This document shows, piece after piece, positions 58,187 through 64,000 of a stretch of 64,000 nt of DNA. The translations under genes and the position numbers were made by a program. The number at the start of each line of letters is the position of its first letter. Within the stretch, counting starts at the first letter, position 1. The notes beneath the pieces were generated by a model. The model ran no database searches, was not told the origin of the DNA, and worked only from the letters and a program-made list of their open reading frames with translations. The stretch comes from Spirochaetales bacterium (lineage in GTDB: Bacteria > Spirochaetota > GWE2-31-10), in contig JBNMHA010000001.1 in the NCBI GenBank assembly GCA_050872545.1, forward strand, positions 4,047 through 68,046. Reading direction: 5' to 3'.

Positions 58187-58777
58187 ATGAATCATATTAA
58201 CAAGAAATTTTTATCTATTATAATTCTTCTAACGGCTTTTTGTGCCAACGCAATCGAGATTGTAAATCCGGAATCACCGAAAGAACCGGAAGCAGAAAAG
58301 AAAAACATCACAAAAAAACAATACAACATCGAGTTTAAAAAACAAGACGGGCTTTTTTACCGCGGCTATACAGAAAGCATGACAGGTTTTTATCTTGACA
58401 AACTGACTTGGGACGGCAACAGCGAGGGAAATCAGGCGAAACTCATAGATTTTGTGAAATCAATCAATATTAAAGGCTACAAAATGAGTAAACGAACAGC
58501 CGAAAATTTGTCACTCGTATATTATATTCCGTATATTTTTGATATTGAACTGAAAAACGGCACAATAATCAAAGACGCTAAAGGCAGAATTCCGCAAATT
58601 GATTCATTTTATGTCTTTGATGAAACCGGGAAAGAAAAGTGCTTTACATATTTTATGCGCTACTGGCTTGAAGACAAGCGGATTTTTTCCGACAACAATT
58701 CCGATGATTACGATGAAACGCCGCCTTTGCCTAAAGAACTTGTCACATTCATCGAATTCGGTACGACAAAGAAATAA
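58187..58777 (+). CDS. Hypothetical secreted protein
   Basis: A signal peptide (…FCANA) and a length of 196 aa. Confidence 0.4.
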   Translation: MNHINKKFLSIIILLTAFCANAIEIVNPESPKEPEAEKKNITKKQYNIEFKKQDGLFYRGYTESMTGFYLDKLTWDGNSEGNQAKLIDFVKSINIKGYKMSKRTAENLSLVYYIPYIFDIELKNGTIIKDAKGRIPQIDSFYVFDETGKEKCFTYFMRYWLEDKRIFSDNNSDDYDETPPLPKELVTFIEFGTTKK

Positions 58778-58789
58778 AGGAAACAAAAA

Positions 58790-59056
58790 ATGCGACTTGA
58801 TAAATATTTAAAAACCGCACTTATTTTCAAAACCAGAAGCGGCGGTGAGAAAAATATAGAAAACGGCGGCGTTTTGCTTAACGGCAAACCAGCTAAACCG
58901 GCCTCCAATGTAAAAGAAGGCGACTTAATCACAATCCGCACTTTGGAAAAAGAAACAACTTACAAAATTGTACAACTTCTGGAAAAAAATGTATCGCGTC
59001 AAATGGCAAAAGAAATGTACGAAATCGTAAGCGAGACAAAGTTAGATATTATCTGA
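58790..59056 (+). CDS. S4-domain RNA-binding protein (Hsp15/YlmH-like)
   Basis: MRLDKYLK…GKPAKPASNVKEGDLITI, matching the S4 fold. Confidence 0.6.
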   Translation: MRLDKYLKTALIFKTRSGGEKNIENGGVLLNGKPAKPASNVKEGDLITIRTLEKETTYKIVQLLEKNVSRQMAKEMYEIVSETKLDII

Positions 59057-59075
59057 CACAAAGTCTGGAAAGTTT

Positions 59076-59369
59076 TTGGTAATGTACGGCATAAGCGATA
59101 AAGTTCTGAATTCCATTATAGAATCAGCCATTTCTTATGAATTGGAATACGTCATTTTATTCGGATCACGTGCAAGAGGTGATTATAAAGAACGAAGCGA
59201 TATAGATTTGGCAGTACTCGGCAAGAACGCAGATATATTCGGCATTGAGGCAGAAGAAAAAATTCCTACGTTATTAAAATTTGATGTTGTAAATATGGGC
59301 AAACCAATTCAAAAAGATTTGCTTGATTCAATAAAAAAGGACGGAGTAATTATTTATGAAAAAATATGA
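59076..59369 (+). CDS. Nucleotidyltransferase (MNT-type antitoxin)
   Basis: A GSRARGD motif with DIDLAV, matching the minimal nucleotidyltransferase signature. Confidence 0.65.
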   Translation: MVMYGISDKVLNSIIESAISYELEYVILFGSRARGDYKERSDIDLAVLGKNADIFGIEAEEKIPTLLKFDVVNMGKPIQKDLLDSIKKDGVIIYEKI

Positions 59370-59760
59370 AAACTTTTGCCGGGCATATAAAAACCTTTCA
59401 GATGCAATTACACTTGAACCTCCTTACAGCACTGTAGTTCTTACCGGACTTGTAGGATTATTTGAAATCACATTTGAACAAGCTTGGAAAATGATGAAAG
59501 AATTGCTGGAATACAGCGGTTACTCCGAGAACTGCACGGACTCACCGCGAATGGTAATAAAAACCGCATACCAAGCCGGAATGATAAATGATGAAACCGC
59601 CTGGCTTAACGCTCTGGCAGCACGCAACAATGTAACGCACTCTTATAACGAAGATATTGCATTGTCCATTATTGATGATACAAAACGGCTTTTTATGAAA
59701 ATGTTTGCGCAGCTGAAAGACGAAACAGAACATAAATGGCTGCCAATGAATGAATTATGA
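59356..59760 (+). CDS. HepT-like nucleotidyltransferase substrate-binding protein (HI0074 family toxin)
   Basis: Length of 134 aa, overlapping the MNT gene by 14 nt, and helical. Confidence 0.55.
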   Translation: MKKYENFCRAYKNLSDAITLEPPYSTVVLTGLVGLFEITFEQAWKMMKELLEYSGYSENCTDSPRMVIKTAYQAGMINDETAWLNALAARNNVTHSYNEDIALSIIDDTKRLFMKMFAQLKDETEHKWLPMNEL

Positions 59761-59864
59761 TAACTTTTATGTGAAATGTAGCTGATATTTCTCATAATTA
59801 TGAGATAAACTACAACTTTTATTCCGCTTAAAATCCTCACTTTGTAACTTTTACAAGAATTCTA

Positions 59865-59886
59865 CCCCCCCCCCCACGTTTTTTTT
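59865..59886. promoter_or_regulatory. Homopolymeric C11 tract followed by T8 upstream of the MCP gene
   Basis: CCCCCCCCCCC ACG TTTTTTTT at 59865-59886, about 145 nt upstream of the ATG at 60019. Confidence 0.6.
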
Positions 59887-60018
59887 ACATTTTCGCCAAC
59901 TTTTAATACTTAATTTCTTTTTCATTGAATTTTGAATTTAATTCTTCTATTTTTATCCTAAATATTCATTATATTGTTCAATCAATCGCAACATACGCAA
60001 ATCCAAAGGAGGTTTTCC

Positions 60019-62121
60019 ATGAAATCGGCAGCAAAAAAACAAGGAAAACTTGTTCATAATTTCATTTTATCAATCGGTTTATGTATTTTTGTATTCATTA
60101 CTTTTCAAATATTTTACTTATCTAATGAAGTAAAAAGCAAAATCTCACAGTTATACCAAGCATCATGCAGTGAAATCGTTGTTGCAAGAGCGGCTCAAAT
60201 TTCAGAATGGAATGAAATCTTTATTAATGACTTGCGCTACTTGACAGAACAAAAAGTTGTGAAAAACGGAAATATTGACGAGATTCACACTTGGATAGAA
60301 GAACACGGCGACTTTCCTAATCCCGAATTCGGAATGACATTATTTGCAGACATCAACGGCAATACAACTGTTTTCAATAGTTCTGCAAGTGCGAATATTT
60401 CAGACAGAAACTACTTTAAAAACTTTATCAGTAAAAAACCTGCCGAGTTTACAACAGCACCGGTAAAAGAACGGGCTTACGAACGCTACATGTATTTCTG
60501 TGCAAAAACCGCCTACAATTCACAAAATATTCCGATTGGATTCTTTGCAAACGGCGTTTACCTAGATAACCTGATAGAAATATGCAACAACATTAAATTG
60601 GGTAACAATGCGCATTCCGTTATTCTCGACGGTGACGGAAGAGTTATTTCCCATTACAACAAAGACTACATAATGAAAGTAAATTACCTTACAGATCCGG
60701 AAGGTGCCGACAACAAAGGATTGCAAAATCTTGCAAGAAAAATGGTTGCCGGAGAAACATCAAGCTCTTGGATAAGGAAAGATAAAGTAGATTACTTTGC
60801 AGCGTTTGCGCCGGTGCCGGGAACCGACTGGTCAATTGCTTTGGAAATTCCGAAACTGCAAATTAACAAAATTGCCAATGTGCTTTCACTTACTATTTTT
60901 GTATTCGGCATTATAATGGCACTGGCAATTACCGTTGTCGTAGTGTTTCTTTTCTCAAAAATTACAAAGCCTCTTAATGAGTTTGAACATGCGATGCTTG
61001 AAATTGCTTCCGGAGAAGCCGATTTGACCAAAAGAATTAACATTGACCGCAATGACGAAATAGGTCGACTTGCTGCAAGTTTCAACATGTTTATGGAAAG
61101 AAACCAAAATATTATACTGACAATCAAACAATCGGAACAACGGCTTTCCGAAATTGAAAGTGAAACGGCGCAGAAACTTGTTGATACAAAAGACGCAATC
61201 AAACAATTGTCATACAACATTGATAATATTGAAACGCAAGAAAAAAATCAGTCGGGTGCAGTGGATGAAACAGCCGGCGCAGTAGAAGAAATTACGCAGA
61301 ATATTGACTCGCTGGAACGAATGATTCAAACAACAGCCGCCGGAATGACGCAAGCTTCCGCTGCAATCGAACAGATGATAAGTAATATTAATTCAATCAA
61401 TACTTCTGTGGAAAAAATGTCTGCTGACTTTAATGAACTGCAAAAAGATGCACACGTCGGAATCGAAAAGCAGCACGCTGTAAATGAAACTGTTATTTCA
61501 ATTTCAGAACAATCTGCAATGCTTATGAATGCAAACAACGCTATTGCCAATATTGCCAACCAGACAAATATGCTGGCAATGAATGCCGCTATAGAAGCCG
61601 CTCATGCCGGAGATGCCGGAAAAGGTTTCTCGGTAGTTGCCGATGAAATCCGCAAATTATCAGAAACTTCTGCGGAACAATCACGCACAATAGGAGATGA
61701 ACTGAAAAAAATTACCGGCTCAATTTCATCTGTTGTAAAAATGTCTGATGATTCTGCAAAAACTTTCAGTTCCGTATCGAAAAGAATCGAACAAACAGAC
61801 AACGTCATAAATCAAATTCACAACGCTATGGAAGAACAAAAAGACGGCTCCACTCAAATCCTTGAAGCACTTCGTACAGTAAACGACAATACTTCGGAAC
61901 TGAAAGTTGCCGCTACGGAAATGGCAGCCGGAAACAAAACAATTCTTGAAAGTATGAAACTTCTGCGTGATGTAACGCTTACAATCAATAATTCAATAGA
62001 AAAAATGGCTGTTGAAACAGAACATCTTCAGGAGGTAGAAAAACGATTGTCCGAAATGACAGAAGATATGTCTGCATCGGTTAAACAAATCGGTGAAGAA
62101 ATAGATCAATTCCAAGTATAA
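60019..62121 (+). CDS. Methyl-accepting chemotaxis protein with a periplasmic Cache-like sensor
   Basis: RBS AAGGAGG, TM, a roughly 250-aa periplasmic domain, TM, HAMP, and the MA domain [33 protein letters not shown]. Confidence 0.85.
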   Translation: MKSAAKKQGKLVHNFILSIGLCIFVFITFQIFYLSNEVKSKISQLYQASCSEIVVARAAQISEWNEIFINDLRYLTEQKVVKNGNIDEIHTWIEEHGDFPNPEFGMTLFADINGNTTVFNSSASANISDRNYFKNFISKKPAEFTTAPVKERAYERYMYFCAKTAYNSQNIPIGFFANGVYLDNLIEICNNIKLGNNAHSVILDGDGRVISHYNKDYIMKVNYLTDPEGADNKGLQNLARKMVAGETSSSWIRKDKVDYFAAFAPVPGTDWSIALEIPKLQINKIANVLSLTIFVFGIIMALAITVVVVFLFSKITKPLNEFEHAMLEIASGEADLTKRINIDRNDEIGRLAASFNMFMERNQNIILTIKQSEQRLSEIESETAQKLVDTKDAIKQLSYNIDNIETQEKNQSGAVDETAGAVEEITQNIDSLERMIQTTAAGMTQASAAIEQMISNINSINTSVEKMSADFNELQKDAHVGIEKQHAVNETVISISEQSAMLMNANNAIANIANQTNMLAMNAAIEAAHAGDAGKGFSVVADEIRKLSETSAEQSRTIGDELKKITGSISSVVKMSDDSAKTFSSVSKRIEQTDNVINQIHNAMEEQKDGSTQILEALRTVNDNTSELKVAATEMAAGNKTILESMKLLRDVTLTINNSIEKMAVETEHLQEVEKRLSEMTEDMSASVKQIGEEIDQFQV

Positions 62122-62149
62122 TTAAAAAAGTAACCAAGGCTAAATCTAA

Positions 62150-62185
62150 TCTCAAGGCAGCTTTCCGTTGGTAGCTGCCTTCCTT
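62150..62185. terminator. Bidirectional terminator between the MCP gene and capA
   Basis: AAGGCAGCT-ttccgttggt-AGCTGCCTT followed by CCTTTATTT. Confidence 0.55.
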
Positions 62186-63327
62186 TATTTATCAGGCGTG
62201 TCAATTTTTTCCCAAGGCAGAATTTCTCCGAGTTGCTCTTTCATCAGATTGAAGCGCGTTATGTAATAATCTTTCAGTTCGTCCGATTCCAAACTATCGA
62301 TAAATGCTTCGTTAAACTCATAAAGCTTTATCTGTGCTGACGAATAATCAACTTTTGTCGTTATCTGAATCGGCGTAAGTCGGTACTCAAATTTTTTGTT
62401 CTGCCAATGTCTAAGCACATCAACTTTAAGGATATACGAATCCCCGGTATACTCGCGAAAAGCTCCGGGATTTTTATAATTCATTTTGTAACGTTGCCCG
62501 GAAATAAAATTTCCCATTGAGTACATTATCAACGTTTCACGATTATCCGAAGCTGCGTATTTTTCCCAAGCTTGTACGACATGCGGATGATGTGCCCAAA
62601 TAATATCCGCACCGCTTTCTGCCAATTTTCTGAAATATTCTCGGCGCAAATCGGTAATACTGCGCACATATTCAGGTTCCGCCGTATGAACAGAAAGAAC
62701 AAGCAAATCGCACATCGTTCTTTCTCTGATTTCAGCAACTTTCTCGGCAAACTCCCGGCGATATTCCTTGTTGTAATAGTAAAGCTGCACTTTATGCCTG
62801 CTTTCGTCATAAAGATTAAGAATTTCCGTCACTGCCACAAACGCAATTCGCAAATTATTCTTGCATATAATCTGCACATCAAGCCCGTCAAACGCAGTTT
62901 TCCGTATTCCCGAAAAATAGATTTTTCTATGTCCTTTCTTATCGTATTTTTTTTGCAGAAATTTTGCCGAATCAAGCGTTGCCAAAACTCCGCTGATTCC
63001 TTGGTCATTGGAATGATTATTTGCAAGAGAAAAAATATCCACACCTGCGTTAATAACAGCTTCCACATATTCACTGTGGACATTAAAATTAGGGTAGGTA
63101 GAATATGGAAGCGAATTATCTATTGGGAATTCAAGATTGCCGAAAGTTAAATCGTCCGCTAGAAGATATTCGGCTACATTCTCATACATTACGGAAAAAT
63201 CTTTCATATTAAAATTAACATCATGCGCCATAACATCGCCGATAAAACTAAGCTTCAAAACTTGGGAAGAACAGCCGCACAAAAATACTGCGGCAACAAA
63301 AGATAAAAAATAATTCCTCACTTTCAC
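62185..63327 (-). CDS. capA: CapA/PgsA-family metallophosphatase (poly-gamma-glutamate/capsule biosynthesis-like)
   Basis: A signal peptide, the metallophosphatase motifs and the YSMGNFIS motif. Confidence 0.65.
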   Translation of the reverse strand: MKVRNYFLSFVAAVFLCGCSSQVLKLSFIGDVMAHDVNFNMKDFSVMYENVAEYLLADDLTFGNLEFPIDNSLPYSTYPNFNVHSEYVEAVINAGVDIFSLANNHSNDQGISGVLATLDSAKFLQKKYDKKGHRKIYFSGIRKTAFDGLDVQIICKNNLRIAFVAVTEILNLYDESRHKVQLYYYNKEYRREFAEKVAEIRERTMCDLLVLSVHTAEPEYVRSITDLRREYFRKLAESGADIIWAHHPHVVQAWEKYAASDNRETLIMYSMGNFISGQRYKMNYKNPGAFREYTGDSYILKVDVLRHWQNKKFEYRLTPIQITTKVDYSSAQIKLYEFNEAFIDSLESDELKDYYITRFNLMKEQLGEILPWEKIDTPDK

Positions 63328-63448
63328 TCCAAAAGCGATACTTTATTTATCTTATATCGCAATGTCAACAGTTATTTTTTATTACTTTACAGAAAACTTT
63401 TATTAATGTAAAAATAACGATAAATCAAAATTCAAAGGAGGTCATTTT

Positions 63449-63814
63449 ATGACTAAAAAATTTCTATCTTTATTTGCAGTATTAAGTATTGCTGCTATGG
63501 CTATTTTGAGTAGCTGTACTTCTGCCGGTGTAGAATGCGGTTTAATCGGAAAATGGGAATACTCTGAAAGTGGATTAAAAATCACTGCAGAATTTACATC
63601 CGATGACTTGTTCAAAGTTACTACAGAAGCAACTGTTTTCTCAGTAACAACCACAAATACTACCGAATCTAATGTTAAATCCGTAAAAGATCATACTGTA
63701 ACAACTGAAAAAAGTGGTGTAGAAGCAGACGTTGAATACAAAGATTTGGGATGTGATTCTGTTAAATTCAAATTTGTCGGTGAAGATTGGCGAACTTATA
63801 AAAAAGTATTCTAA
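63449..63814 (+). CDS. Small 'GKW-motif' lipoprotein, third family member
   Basis: Lipobox LSSC followed by TSAGVECGLIGKW. The RBS AAGGAGG lies upstream. Confidence 0.6.
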   Translation: MTKKFLSLFAVLSIAAMAILSSCTSAGVECGLIGKWEYSESGLKITAEFTSDDLFKVTTEATVFSVTTTNTTESNVKSVKDHTVTTEKSGVEADVEYKDLGCDSVKFKFVGEDWRTYKKVF

Positions 63815-63844
63815 TAGCTAAACACTGAAATTTAACCGTACAAA

Positions 63845-63895
63845 CAAAATGCCTCCGGGAACTGTAAAACGCTCAATTCCCGAAGGCATTTTTTT
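63845..63895 (+). terminator. Intrinsic terminator after the small lipoprotein gene
   Basis: GCCTCCGGGAA...TTCCCGAAGGC hairpin followed by T7. Confidence 0.6.
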
Positions 63896-64000
63896 GTTTT
63901 CATACGTAGGTTTATGCTTATGTCATTGCGTCTATTTGTAAAATCTATAAGTATAACTGCTCGCTATTTTCTTTACCAAAACCGTATCTGGCGTGTAATC

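Noticed and set aside
1-64000. Mobile genetic elements (IS, prophage, integron) or tRNA/rRNA genes.
   Set aside because: I recognised no transposase, integrase, recombinase or phage structural gene. No cloverleaf-like tRNA or rRNA sequence was apparent on inspection. A tRNAscan or Infernal run would be needed to exclude small RNAs definitively.

Overview
This 64 kb window is AT-rich (about 38% GC), and I read it as spirochete-like, probably Treponema. That call is inference: it rests on a cheA / cheW-cheR / cheX / cheY chemotaxis operon with the spirochete-type phosphatase CheX, abundant lipoproteins, several MCPs and the low GC content. I have no tools, so no tRNA scan, BLAST or covariance model was run, and I recognised no rRNA, tRNA, CRISPR array, transposase or integrase by eye.

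Right-hand ~44 kb (19.7-64 kb): ordinary core genes. These include an Mrp/NifB-type ATPase, ilvE, malQ, a PlsC-like acyltransferase, rsmD, hom, purA and the che operon. There is an XPB-like SF2 helicase (RED motif) with a translationally coupled partner and a PIN-PhoH ATPase. A small polysaccharide-pyruvylation cluster (Wzx flippase, DUF89, FrhB-like, pyruvyl transferase) sits next to a dGTPase. The rest comprises a SurA-like PPIase, a STAS/anti-sigma partner-switching pair, two MCPs, a paired 2-hydroxyacyl-CoA-dehydratase-type activase, an FHA-SLT protein, a UDG-like protein, an MNT/HepT toxin-antitoxin pair and CapA.

Left-hand ~19.7 kb: the unusual part. It is an accessory island of two long, tightly packed minus-strand operons, each headed by the same duplicated ~550-700 bp regulatory module made of structured 187-bp tandem repeats, a bidirectional terminator and a promoter/RBS.

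- Operon 1 (10669 down to 413) encodes a small 'GKW' lipoprotein, a TolC-like coiled-coil protein, a lipoprotein, a giant repeat-containing lipoprotein with a C-terminal GHSHG alpha/beta-hydrolase domain, and four polytopic membrane-protein paralogs. Those four paralogs have nucleotide-conserved termini and hypervariable cores.
- Operon 2 (18940 down to 11321) encodes a lipoprotein with a tryptophan-rich tail, five paralogous lipoproteins joined by near-identical junction sequences, and another GKW lipoprotein.

The mosaic paralog arrays, the portable terminator-promoter module, G/C homopolymer hairpins between paralogs and a C11 tract upstream of an MCP together suggest a recombination- or phase-variation-driven surface-protein diversification locus. 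An effector-plus-immunity arrangement is an alternative reading. I could not place either within a described system.
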